The translations under genes were made by a program, and so were the position numbers. Below the pieces are notes generated by a model. That model had not been told where the DNA came from. It did not search any database and saw nothing but the letters and a program-made list of their open reading frames with translations. Source: Dehalococcoidia bacterium (GTDB lineage: Bacteria > Chloroflexota > Dehalococcoidia > Bin125). Taken from it: a stretch of 64,000 nucleotides of DNA. The stretch lies in contig CAXXSR010000001.1 of the NCBI GenBank assembly GCA_963662615.2, positions 448,001-512,000 of the forward strand. Direction: 5' to 3'. Positions 17,880-26,731 of the stretch are shown piece after piece; positions within the stretch are counted from its first letter, which is position 1, and every line of letters begins with the position of its first letter.

Positions 17880-20162
17880 TCAGGGCAGGTAGTTGGTCGC
17901 GTCCAGGAGCCAGCCGTTGTGCTCCATCTCCAGGTGGAGGTGGATGCCGGTGCTGAAGCCGGTGGTCCCGGCGAAGCCGATCGTCTCGCCCCGGCCGACG
18001 CGTTGCCCAACGGCGACGGGCGGCTGATTGGCCAAGTGGCCGTAGCGGCTCAGCCAGCCGTTGCCGTGGTCGATCTCCACGTAAAAGCCCAGGCCGCAGC
18101 AGAAGGTGCCGCCGGCGAAGGTCACCTCGCCGCCGGCAATGGCGACGACGGCCCCCCCGGGATTGAAGTGCAGGGCGATGTCTAGGCCGTGGTGGCGCAC
18201 GCCGCAGTCGCTGGTGCGACAGAGGCCGAAGCCGTCGCTGATGTCGCCGCTGGCCGGCCAGATGAAGGGGGGCACGGACACGGGCACGATCAGCTCCTGC
18301 CCGATGATCAGCGCGTTGGCATCCGTCACGCCGCTGCGGGGATCGCGCAGGATCGCCTCCACCGTGGTTCCGTACTGCGCCGCGATCACCGCGAGAGTGT
18401 CGCCCGCGGTCACCTGCACCACCACGCCCTCGCGGTCCGGCACCCGTAGGGGCGTTCCCGCCGAGATCCAGTCGCTGTCGGCGAGGCTGGGGTTATTGGC
18501 GATCAGCGTGTGGGGCAGGACGCCCAGTCGCGCCGCCACGTACGTCAGCCCATCGGTCTGCTCGGTGACCACGGTGCGGGAGGCCACCGGGATGGGGACC
18601 GTGCCGGGGAGGCGCAACTCGTCGCCCAGGGCGATGAGGTTGGGATCAATGTCGGGGTTGAGTTGCTCCAGGGCGGCCACTTGTGTGCCGAATTTCTCGG
18701 CGATGGCGCTGAGCGTATCGCCGGTCTGGACGGTGTAGCGCGGGAAGGGCGGCGGGCCGGCGGGGACGGTGCCGGGCGGCGGCGGGGGGAGATCGATGTC
18801 GGGGACGGTCAGGATGGCGCCGATCTGCAGGAGGTCCAGGTTCGCCTGCGGGTTCAGCTTCGCCAGCGCGTCCAGCGTGATTTGGTGGATGGCGGCGATG
18901 GTGGTGGCGTTGTCGCCGGGGAGCACCGTGTAGCTGGTGAGTTCGACGGCGAGGTCGGGCAGGGCGGGCGTGCCGTCCTGCCGGGGGCCCGGCAGTTGCA
19001 GCGTATGGCCCACGTAGACCGTGTTGAGGTCGCGTTCCGGATTCAACGCCTGCAACTGCGCCAGGGTGAGCCTGTGGGCGAGAGCGATGCCGATGGCGCT
19101 GTCGCCCGCCACAACGGTGTAGGGGTGCGTGGCTGAGCCGCCCGGCGACGCCGGGGTGACGGCCGGATCAGCGGCCGAGGGCAGCAGCAGCGTCTGTCCC
19201 ACGTAGATCAGGTTCAAGTTCAGATCCGGATTGGCCGCCCGCAGCTGCGCCAGCGTGATGCCGACTTCCAGCGCGATGCCGCTCGCGGTGTCACCGGGGA
19301 GGACAGTGTACGGTCGCGTGGCGGCACCCGAGGGCGGCGGCGTCACCGTCACATCGTCGCCGGAGGAGATGGGCGGCGCGCCTCCGGATCGGGGCGCAAA
19401 GATGACCGCGCCCGCCCGCAGTCCGTCATCGGCAGCGCGCGGGTTTAGTGTCAGCAGCGTCGCCACCGTCGTGCCGAAGCGGTCGGCGAGGGTGCTGAAC
19501 GTGTCGCCGGGTTGGACGAGATAGGGGATCACGTTGCGGCCGTCCAGCCGCGGCGTGGAGCCGGGCGCCAGCGCGCGGTCTGCGTCCGCGCTGGAGGTGG
19601 GGTCGGGCGGCGCGCTGAGGTCGTCGCGGATGACCAGTTCCACGCCTACCGGCAGCGCGTTGGGAATCAGGCTGGGATTGAGGTTGACCAGGTCCGCCAC
19701 CGAGACGCCGTAGAGGCCGGCGATCTCGCTGAGCGACTGTCCCGATTGCACCGTGTGTGTGAGGCGGATCGCTTCGGTGGTGGGGACGGTGGTTTCGGGG
19801 ACGGTGGTTATGGGGACGGCTGTGTCAGGGACGCCGGCGTCGGGCACGGTGAGGCGCTGTCCCACGTAGATGAGGTCGGGCGAGGTAACGCTGGGATTGA
19901 GGGCGTGCAGCAGGTCGGGCGTGAGGCCCAACGTCGCGGCGATGGCCGAGAGGCTGTCGCCGGGCTGCACCTCATAGGTATCGGCGACGGCCGAGCCCGG
20001 CGCCAAGGCGGCGACAATCAGCCCGCCCAGAATGAACGACCGGCGCAGGCGCAGGCGTAGGCGTAGGCGTAGGCGTAGGCGAGGGATGCGTCGCAGGGTG
20101 CTTCCCCTAGCTGGCCGCCACCGCCACCTTCCTGGCCCGTCGCCGGGCCAGGGCCGCGCCAC
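17880..20162 (-). CDS. Secreted M23 peptidase with nine LysM domains (start uncertain: GTG 20162 or CTG 20096)
   Basis: repeated Y.V.PGD....IA LysM motifs (ninth-count includes one degenerate copy); HHGLDI, YGHL, HLHLE M23 motifs; signal peptide. Confidence 0.88.
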   Translation of the reverse strand: MARPWPGDGPGRWRWRPARGSTLRRIPRLRLRLRLRLRLRRSFILGGLIVAALAPGSAVADTYEVQPGDSLSAIAATLGLTPDLLHALNPSVTSPDLIYVGQRLTVPDAGVPDTAVPITTVPETTVPTTEAIRLTHTVQSGQSLSEIAGLYGVSVADLVNLNPSLIPNALPVGVELVIRDDLSAPPDPTSSADADRALAPGSTPRLDGRNVIPYLVQPGDTFSTLADRFGTTVATLLTLNPRAADDGLRAGAVIFAPRSGGAPPISSGDDVTVTPPPSGAATRPYTVLPGDTASGIALEVGITLAQLRAANPDLNLNLIYVGQTLLLPSAADPAVTPASPGGSATHPYTVVAGDSAIGIALAHRLTLAQLQALNPERDLNTVYVGHTLQLPGPRQDGTPALPDLAVELTSYTVLPGDNATTIAAIHQITLDALAKLNPQANLDLLQIGAILTVPDIDLPPPPPGTVPAGPPPFPRYTVQTGDTLSAIAEKFGTQVAALEQLNPDIDPNLIALGDELRLPGTVPIPVASRTVVTEQTDGLTYVAARLGVLPHTLIANNPSLADSDWISAGTPLRVPDREGVVVQVTAGDTLAVIAAQYGTTVEAILRDPRSGVTDANALIIGQELIVPVSVPPFIWPASGDISDGFGLCRTSDCGVRHHGLDIALHFNPGGAVVAIAGGEVTFAGGTFCCGLGFYVEIDHGNGWLSRYGHLANQPPVAVGQRVGRGETIGFAGTTGFSTGIHLHLEMEHNGWLLDATNYLP
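20042..20081. repeat. 6-bp microsatellite (GGCG(T/C)A)n encoding RLRLRL in the signal-peptide n-region
   Basis: ggcgcaggcgcaggcgtaggcgtaggcgtaggcgtaggcg. Confidence 0.85.
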
Positions 20163-20320
20163 TGTACGCGAGTTCAGCGGATACGGGCAATGCGGGAGGA
20201 GCCGCACTCTTGTGGGACCGTTGGGCTCGCAGCGATGGGAGCGCGAACCGATCGGAGGACGCCGGTCATCATGGCGGCTATAGTGCCGGAGGGCGCGGGT
20301 GCCCGAGGTACGCCGGATCC

Positions 20321-21652
20321 ATGGAGATCGAAGCCCGAGAGGCGTCCCCCGGCACCTCAGCGGACCGCAACGCTGTCTGCCCCTTTCTCGGCCTCCGTCA
20401 CGACGTCGCCACCGCCGCGTCCTATGCCACGCGGAGCCACGCCTGCTTCCATTCTTCGAAGCCGGCTGCCATCCGCCTGGACGTGCAGACGCGCTTCTGC
20501 CTGACCGATCAGCACCCACGCTGTCCCGTCTACACGGGTGCGGCGAAGCGCCCCCCGCGGCCTCGCTGGACCGTTCCGGCCATTGGCCGTCGCCAGGCGG
20601 CGGCGTTCACGCTCTTCGCGGTGCTGATCCCGGCGCTGCTGGGCGCGCTCCTGGCGGTCTTCAGCGGCGACGAGGGTGGGGACGCCCCGTCGGCGGCGGT
20701 GACGGCGCCTGCGGCGCTGCGCCCGGCCGATGTGGAGACCGCGGCCGTTCGCGCGGTTGAGGTGACAGGGATTCGCCGGGACGAAGCGCCCGCGGTCCCC
20801 GCGGTGCCCGCCGATGCCGCTGCCGGGGCCGGCTCCACGGACGCGCCCGCCGTGTCTGAAGCGGCCAGCGCTTCGGAACGGCTACTGGGATGGGAGAACG
20901 TCCTGGCGTGGACGGTGGAGCCGGGCGATACACTCTTGGCTCTCGCCGACACTTACGGCACGACTGTGGAGGCGATCGCCGTCTACAACAGGCTGGCGGA
21001 CGCCTTCACGATCCTCGCTGGGGAGTCCCTCTCGATCCCGGTGGGGTTCGCCGAGCCGCTCGGCGAGGAGGTGACGGCGACCGTCCGCTCGGCCCCGGCC
21101 GCCGCCGAGGGCGCGGAGCCGCCGCCGTTGGTGGCTCCCGAGGAGTTGCTCAACTGGCCCGACATCGAGAGCTGGGAGGTGCAAGACGGCGATAACCTCG
21201 CCGCTATTGCGCGCGACTTCGACACGACCGTGGAGGCGATCGCCCTCTACAACGAGATCGATTCAGTCGCCACGCTCTTCGTCGGCGCGGTGGTCCTGGT
21301 GCCGGTGGGATACCCGCCCGGGCCGGCCGTAGAGGAGGTGGCGAGCGAGGATGGAGGGGAGGGTGAGGTTATCACTGCACCCGTTGCTCCCGCTGCACCC
21401 GACGAGGATCCGCAGGCGGCGCTTCGCGACTGGCAGGAGGTCGTGGAGGTGACGGTGGCGACGGGCGACTCGTTCTTCAGCATCGCACAGCGCTTCAGCA
21501 CGTCCGTGGAGGCGATCGCATTTCTGAACGACATTGATCCCCGCGATCCGCTCTTCGCCGGCGCGGCGGTCCTGGTACCGGTCGGATTCGTTGAACCGCT
21601 GTCGCTGGAGGCGGCGCTGGTTGAGGTGGCCGCTCCCGTCGAGAGCGGCTAA
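20321..21652 (+). CDS. Membrane-anchored triple-LysM protein with N-terminal Cys-rich putative Zn-binding domain
   Basis: CPFLG...HAC...FCL...HPRCPVY; TM helix; three W..V..GD....A...TTVEAIA LysM repeats. Confidence 0.82.
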   Translation: MEIEAREASPGTSADRNAVCPFLGLRHDVATAASYATRSHACFHSSKPAAIRLDVQTRFCLTDQHPRCPVYTGAAKRPPRPRWTVPAIGRRQAAAFTLFAVLIPALLGALLAVFSGDEGGDAPSAAVTAPAALRPADVETAAVRAVEVTGIRRDEAPAVPAVPADAAAGAGSTDAPAVSEAASASERLLGWENVLAWTVEPGDTLLALADTYGTTVEAIAVYNRLADAFTILAGESLSIPVGFAEPLGEEVTATVRSAPAAAEGAEPPPLVAPEELLNWPDIESWEVQDGDNLAAIARDFDTTVEAIALYNEIDSVATLFVGAVVLVPVGYPPGPAVEEVASEDGGEGEVITAPVAPAAPDEDPQAALRDWQEVVEVTVATGDSFFSIAQRFSTSVEAIAFLNDIDPRDPLFAGAAVLVPVGFVEPLSLEAALVEVAAPVESG

Positions 21653-21689
21653 TCGGTGGCTGCAATCCCGCGGCGGCAGGCGGCGACTG

Positions 21690-22076
21690 CTAGCTATCGA
21701 AGGTCACGTCTCGTCGCGCGAACTTCCAGGCGCCGTCGACTCGCCGCAGCGTGTCGTTGTAGATCCCGGTGATGACGGACTGGCCGCCCTGCTTCGTGTC
21801 AATGACGTTGAGGTAGCAGGTCAGCGTTGCGCTGTCGCCGTCGCCGTCGATGATGACGCTGTTGACCCAGTGGCGGAGCACGAGCCGAGCCGGGTCGCGC
21901 TGCTGCAGGTAGCGGCGGAGGCCGTCGTGCCCCTCGGCGCGGCCCAGGGGTGAGTCCATCACCCCGTCCCCCGTAAAGGTGGCGGCCCAGGCGTCGGCGT
22001 TGCCGGTGTCGATGGCCTGGTTGTAGCGCCCGATCAGCTCCAGAATCTCCACCCGGTCCGCCGCTGCAATTGGCAC
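21690..22076 (-). CDS. SnoaL-like / NTF2 family protein
   Basis: ADRVEILELIGRY...D.G....WAATFT.DG, RH, G.Y.D.L.RVDGAWKF. Confidence 0.88.
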   Translation of the reverse strand: MPIAAADRVEILELIGRYNQAIDTGNADAWAATFTGDGVMDSPLGRAEGHDGLRRYLQQRDPARLVLRHWVNSVIIDGDGDSATLTCYLNVIDTKQGGQSVITGIYNDTLRRVDGAWKFARRDVTFDS

Positions 22077-22104
22077 GGTTCCCTCCCTGTCTCTGACGAA
22101 CCGC

Positions 22105-22491
22105 CTAGGCGTCCAGCGTCACCTTGCGACGGCTGAACTTCCAGGCGCCGTCCACCCTGCTTAAGGTGTCGTGGTAAATGCCGGTCTCGGCGGAGCGCTC
22201 AAGGTTGGTGGTGTCCAGGACGTTGAGGTAGCAGGTCAGGGTGGCGGTGTCGCCGTCCCCCTCAATCACGACGCCGTTGACCCAGTGGCGCAGTTTGCGG
22301 CGGGCGGGATCCATGTCCGCCATCCGCTGCCTGATGGCGGCTCGACCGTGGGGCTGGGCGTAGGGCGACTCCAGGACGCCGTCCTCTGTAAAGGTGTCCG
22401 CCCAGGCGTCGCCGTCGCCGCTGTCGAGGGCGTGGTTGTAGCGCGCGATCAATTCAATGATCTCGATCTTGTCGGCCGCCGAGAGCGCCAT
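22105..22491 (-). CDS. SnoaL-like / NTF2 family protein (tandem paralog)
   Basis: same motifs and same length (128 aa) as neighbour. Confidence 0.88.
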   Translation of the reverse strand: MALSAADKIEIIELIARYNHALDSGDGDAWADTFTEDGVLESPYAQPHGRAAIRQRMADMDPARRKLRHWVNGVVIEGDGDTATLTCYLNVLDTTNLERSAETGIYHDTLSRVDGAWKFSRRKVTLDA

Positions 22492-22637
22492 GTCTCATTT
22501 CCCCTGGTCAGCGGCTGCGCCGGTCGCGGAGGCGACGGCACGGGTCGCGCGCCGGAGGCATGATAAGCGCCGCGCGGGGACGAGGGTAGGGCCGTTGCGC
22601 TTGGGCAGATGCGCCTGACCACGTGCGAGGGGCGCCG

Positions 22638-22967
22638 TTAGGGCAAGGCCGCGAGCCGGTCGCGTCCGGCAGCCGCAAGCGACCAGCCCTCCGCTGCTTC
22701 CGAGACCCACCCGGCCACGGCTGCCTCCCGCAGCGCCGCCGCTACGCTCTCGGGGGCCAGGCTCGCGCCGCATTCCGACGCCAGCAGCGCGATGAGGTTG
22801 GGGCTGAGCGGCCGTCGGTCGGCGCCGGCGTAGGCGTCCAGGAGCCAGAGCACGCGCTCGACGACGCCGGTGCAGCGGGCGAAGCGCTCGACGTCGGCGG
22901 GCCTGAACTGGAGCAGCGCCGGCAATCGCGCGGCTTCCTCATCGTTGAGGCTGACGCGCGGCCCCAT
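22638..22967 (-). CDS. Small hypothetical protein, possible winged-helix fold
   Basis: AAGGAG SD; C-terminal SVAAALRE...GWV....GWSLAAAGRDRL resembles a wHTH recognition helix and wing. Confidence 0.5.
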   Translation of the reverse strand: MGPRVSLNDEEAARLPALLQFRPADVERFARCTGVVERVLWLLDAYAGADRRPLSPNLIALLASECGASLAPESVAAALREAAVAGWVSEAAEGWSLAAAGRDRLAALP

Positions 22968-23044
22968 CCGCTGCTCCTTCCGTCGCGCGGCCAGTATCCC
23001 CGCTATCCTGCTGGGCGGCCATCAGCCTGCTGGGCGGCTATGTA

Positions 23045-23251
23045 ACGAAGGCAGGCGACGAAGGCAGGCGACGAAGGCAGGCGACGAAGGCAGGCGACGA
23101 AGGCAGGCGACGAAGGCAGGCGACGAAGGCAGGCGACGAAGGCAGGCGACGAAGGCAGGCGACGAAGGCAGGCGACGAAGGCAGGCGACGAAGGCAGGGA
23201 CGAAGGCAGGCGACGAAGGCAGGCGACGAAGGCAGGCGACGAAGGCAGGCG
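23045..23251 (+). repeat. Tandem array of 13-bp ACGAAGGCAGGCG x16 (15 perfect, 12th copy with a 1-bp deletion)
   Basis: counted directly; no spacers. Confidence 0.97.
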
Positions 23252-23265
23252 ACAAAGGAGAGCGC

Positions 23266-24453
23266 ATGAGCGGACCGCTGGACGGCGTTCGCGTCCTGGA
23301 CTTCAGCTGCTTTCAGCAAGGTCCCTACGCCAGCGTGATGCTGGCAGCGCTGGGCGCGGAGGTCTGGAAGGTTGAGCGGCGCGATGGCGGCGACCCCGGC
23401 CGCCGGCTCGACGTTGGCCCCGACGGTTTCAGTCGCTACTTCGAGGCGCACAACCGCGGCAAGCGATCGCTCACCCTGGACATCAGCGGCGACGCCGGTC
23501 GTGAGGTCGCGCTTCGGCTGGGGGAGCGGGTGGAGGTGGTGATGGAGAACTTCCGCCCCGGCGTGATGGAGCGCTTGGGACTGGGCTACGGCGCTTTCCG
23601 GGCGCGAAACGCGGGCGTGATCATGCTCTCCGCCTCCGCCTTCGGCGCCGAGGGCCCGCTGGCCAGGCGGCCCGGCTACGACGTGACCGGCCAGGCCATG
23701 GGCGGCCTGATGACGCTGCTGTCCCGCGGCGCGGATGCGGAGCCCACCACCTTGCCCGGCGGCTTCGCCGACCAGGTGGGCGCCATGCAAGCGTGCGTGG
23801 CGGTGCTGGCGGCGCTGCTGGCGCGGGAGCGGACGGGTCAGGGCCAGCACGTGGACGTGTCGCTGTTGGGGTCGCAGATCGATCTGCAGGCGGTGTATCT
23901 GACCGGCTTCCTCCACGACGGCGCGCAGCCGTTCCAACGTCGGCGGCGCACCCCCACGTTCACCTTCTACTGCGCCGGCGACGGTCGCTGGTTGGTGATC
24001 GGTGTGATCGATCCGCGTACATGGCAAGCGCTGTGTCGCGCGATGGAGCTGCCCGAGCTGCTCGACGACGATCGCTTCCAGCGGGGCCGAGCGCGACTCG
24101 AGAACAGTGACGCCTTGGAAGCGATTCTGGAGGAGCGGTTCGCGCAAGCCGACCGCGAGAGCTGGCTGCGGCGCTTGGAGGAGGCCGATATTCCCTCCGC
24201 CCCGGTCAACGACTACGCCGCGGTGACCGGCGAAGAGCAGGCCTGGCGCAACGGCTATTTCGCGAAGGTGAGGCATCCGGAATTCGGTTCGATCAACGTG
24301 CCCGGCGTCCCCTGGCGCTTCAGCGCGACGCCGGCGACGGCGTCGGCGGCGGCGCCGGAGCCGGAGCTGGGCGCCGATGCGGAGTCGATTCTCCAGGAGG
24401 CGGGCTACAGTGAGGCCGAGATCGCCGGCCTGCGCGATGCCGACATGATCTAG
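23266..24453 (+). CDS. CaiB/BaiF family III CoA-transferase
   Basis: GPLDGVRVLDF, GPYA, NRGKRSL, ENFRPGVMERLGLGY, PGYD; AAAGGAG SD. Confidence 0.93.
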   Translation: MSGPLDGVRVLDFSCFQQGPYASVMLAALGAEVWKVERRDGGDPGRRLDVGPDGFSRYFEAHNRGKRSLTLDISGDAGREVALRLGERVEVVMENFRPGVMERLGLGYGAFRARNAGVIMLSASAFGAEGPLARRPGYDVTGQAMGGLMTLLSRGADAEPTTLPGGFADQVGAMQACVAVLAALLARERTGQGQHVDVSLLGSQIDLQAVYLTGFLHDGAQPFQRRRRTPTFTFYCAGDGRWLVIGVIDPRTWQALCRAMELPELLDDDRFQRGRARLENSDALEAILEERFAQADRESWLRRLEEADIPSAPVNDYAAVTGEEQAWRNGYFAKVRHPEFGSINVPGVPWRFSATPATASAAAPEPELGADAESILQEAGYSEAEIAGLRDADMI

Positions 24454-24475
24454 TCGCGGCGCGCTTTTCGCGCCG

Positions 24476-25102
24476 TCAGCCGCCGGTGACTGTTGCGATG
24501 CCTTCGCTGATGTCGACACGGTAGGGAGGATTGTTGAGGTCGAGCTCTTCGAGTGCTTCGTTGACCCCGTCTTCAACTTCGTCCTTGGCGCCGAAGGCGT
24601 CCACGAGGAATCCAGTGCTCCCCACATCGAAGTCGTCGATCTCGAAGACGGGGACATTCCCGCTCAGGACGATCCGACCGCGGATTTTCACAGAGATATC
24701 GGGGAAGACTTGGACGTCGACCTTGCCCTTGCCCTCGGCGATGCCGTCCGCGAACAGGCAGATCGTGACCTCCTTGATCTCTTCAATGTCCTCGTCAACA
24801 AGGAACGCCTGAGCACGCTGCGTGAGCTCCGACTCATCGAACGCGACGGTGCTGCGCTGTCCACCGGCAACCCGACTATCGAACGCGTCCCACTTGCCGT
24901 CGAAGGCTGCGGAGGTGTGGGGGGACGCGTCGATTTCGCGGTCGTCGCATTCAGCATCGAGATTCGGGCCCCCGACGTAGACGAGCCCGGCGGCACCGGC
25001 AAGAATGAGCGTAACGCCGGTTGCAAGCAGGACCCCGACAAGTGCCTTCGGTGTGGTTGAGATGACGATCGGCATGCGTACCCCGAGAAGGCGCGGCTTC
25101 AC
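24476..25102 (-). CDS. Membrane-anchored hypothetical protein, possibly TULIP/DUF2993-like lipid-binding fold
   Basis: N-terminal TM, acidic beta-rich body (V.FDESELT), lower GC. Confidence 0.5.
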   Translation of the reverse strand: MKPRLLGVRMPIVISTTPKALVGVLLATGVTLILAGAAGLVYVGGPNLDAECDDREIDASPHTSAAFDGKWDAFDSRVAGGQRSTVAFDESELTQRAQAFLVDEDIEEIKEVTICLFADGIAEGKGKVDVQVFPDISVKIRGRIVLSGNVPVFEIDDFDVGSTGFLVDAFGAKDEVEDGVNEALEELDLNNPPYRVDISEGIATVTGG

Positions 25103-25105
25103 CCG

Positions 25106-25255
25106 TTATGAGTGTGCGTCGTTGGGCGGATACAATTCGATGCGCACCAAACCCGCGATTGATATCGATTTCGGACGCATGCCCGCCGCCAAGAGGAGCG
25201 CAACCAGGACGAACACGAAGCCGCCTCCGACCAGAGCCAAGAAGACCTCCGTCAA
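25106..25255 (-). CDS. Small 49-aa single-pass membrane protein (absent from ORF track)
   Basis: GGGAGG-N6-TTG; MTEVFLALVGGGFVFVLVALLLAAGMRPKSISIAGLVRIELYPPNDAHS; stop 3 nt before next start. Confidence 0.55.
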   Translation of the reverse strand: MTEVFLALVGGGFVFVLVALLLAAGMRPKSISIAGLVRIELYPPNDAHS

Positions 25256-25510
25256 CCTAGCCCTCCCGTTTCGATGCCTGTCCGTTCATCCCGCCGCCGC
25301 CGCGCCCGTGTCGCATCGGCTACGCCTCTGAGGCACGAATAATACATCCGTCCTGTTTTCGGCGTGATCGAATGTCGGAGTGCGCTTCATCAGCATTCGA
25401 AATTGGAACAGCTGTGGTTTGGCGCCCCACGGCGGATCAGCCGGCAGCGTACTCAACTGGCAGCGCGCCTCGGCCGCGACGAGTGCTGCCAAAAGCGTCG
25501 ATCTAGTGCG

Positions 25511-25566
25511 CCGTTCGTCCTTCGACCCTTCGGCAAGCTCAGGACAGGCAAGCTCAGGACGAAGGG
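25511..25566. repeat. Nested REP-like element (one unit inserted into another)
   Basis: ccgttcgtccttcga-[cccttcggcaagctcaggacag]-gcaagctcaggacgaaggg. Confidence 0.75.
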
Positions 25567-25655
25567 TCTTTTCAGCGCGCGCTCGCGGCTCGTCTGAGCC
25601 GGCGCGGCGGCGGTGACCGCTCGCGCCGGCGTCGGATGGCCGGGTGATGTCAGTC

Positions 25656-25688
25656 CCGTTCGTCCTTCGACAGGTTCAGTACGAACGG
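25656..25688. repeat. REP-like palindrome
   Basis: CCGTTCGT-ccttcgacaggttcagt-ACGAACGG with perfect 8-bp terminal inverted repeat. Confidence 0.75.
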
Positions 25689-25733
25689 AACCGGTGTGTC
25701 CTCCGACTTTGTGACTGGCGCACGACGAGTGTG

Positions 25734-26150
25734 CTAGTCGAACGCGATGGTGGCGCTGCCGCGGAGGGAGCGATCGCCGTTGGGGTTGTCGATGTAGAGC
25801 TCCATGTCCACGAGCCGCTCTCCGTCCGCTTCATAGGTGCGCGTCACCACGCCGCTGAGGGTCAGCTCCGCGTCCTGCACGTCGGGCCGGCGGTGCGCCA
25901 CCTGGAGGCGACGGATGGCGCCGCTCCCGCCCAGCCAGCTACTGAGGTACTGCTGCAGGAAGGCGTGCTTCATGGGACCAGGGACCACGAGTCCCGCCAG
26001 TCCCATCCTTTCCGCCGTCGCGGGGTCGTAGAATTGTGAGCCCCACATCCAGGACGCGCCGAGGAACTGCAACACGCGCAGGCGCGTGGGCGTGCGCGTG
26101 GCCGGCGGGATGGCGTCGCCCTCGTGCAGCGACTCGAAGTTGACGGTCAC
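25734..26150 (-). CDS. MaoC/hot-dog fold dehydratase-like protein
   Basis: NFESLHEGDAIP, YDP.TA...G..G.VVPG, L.LSGVVT, RGSATI; GGAGG SD. Confidence 0.75.
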   Translation of the reverse strand: MTVNFESLHEGDAIPPATRTPTRLRVLQFLGASWMWGSQFYDPATAERMGLAGLVVPGPMKHAFLQQYLSSWLGGSGAIRRLQVAHRRPDVQDAELTLSGVVTRTYEADGERLVDMELYIDNPNGDRSLRGSATIAFD

Positions 26151-26632
26151 GACTCGCCTCCGTCCGACCGCCGGTTGTAATGGGTGATCGTGCGCCGCGT
26201 GCGCGCCACCTCCACGCCGTCGCGGTTGGTGTAGCGCCACTCGTGGTGCACGAAGAGCGAATGCCCTACGCGCCCGCCGATGCGCTCCTGGATGTCAACG
26301 ATGCGCGGCGTCACGGTGAGGACGTCGCCCAAGCGAAGCGGCGCCAGCATCCGCATCTCATCGGCGGCCATGAGGCGGTGTTCGGGGAGGCCGGGCAGGG
26401 ATTGAGGCCGCAAGCGCGCGTAGGTGGTGAAGATGGCCCAGTGCGGCACGACGGCGGCGGCGTCGTCGCCGGCGAGCGCGGCCTCCAGTTGCGGGTCGTT
26501 CGCTTCCAGCGCCTCGGCCATGCGCGTGACAAGCTCGCGGCTGATCTCGACGGTGAAGGAGCGGCCGTCTTTGCCGATGGCCGCGTTCATGGCGGGGGTG
26601 ATCATGCTCTCGTCGTGGGGGTCGTCGGGCAT
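26147..26632 (-). CDS. MaoC-like dehydratase partner (FAS1-type N-terminal hot-dog domain)
   Basis: PLRLGDVLTV..RIVDI.E..G, Y.NRDG..VA; overlaps next gene. Confidence 0.75.
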   Translation of the reverse strand: MPDDPHDESMITPAMNAAIGKDGRSFTVEISRELVTRMAEALEANDPQLEAALAGDDAAAVVPHWAIFTTYARLRPQSLPGLPEHRLMAADEMRMLAPLRLGDVLTVTPRIVDIQERIGGRVGHSLFVHHEWRYTNRDGVEVARTRRTITHYNRRSDGGES

Positions 26633-26731
26633 GGCGGCTCCCGGAGGCGCCCGTGGCGGGCCGTTGGTGCGGACGCGTTGCTGGGGACGCGTTGGTGGGG
26701 ACGATAGAGGGCAGGGATGGCTGCCCACAAC

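Noticed and set aside
23045-23251. CRISPR array
   Set aside because: 13-bp head-to-tail units with no spacers and no cas genes; a tandem repeat.
22870-23265. Repeat-encoded N-terminal extension of the CoA-transferase
   Set aside because: Open only because the repeat lacks stops; a strong SD and family-typical start are at 23266.
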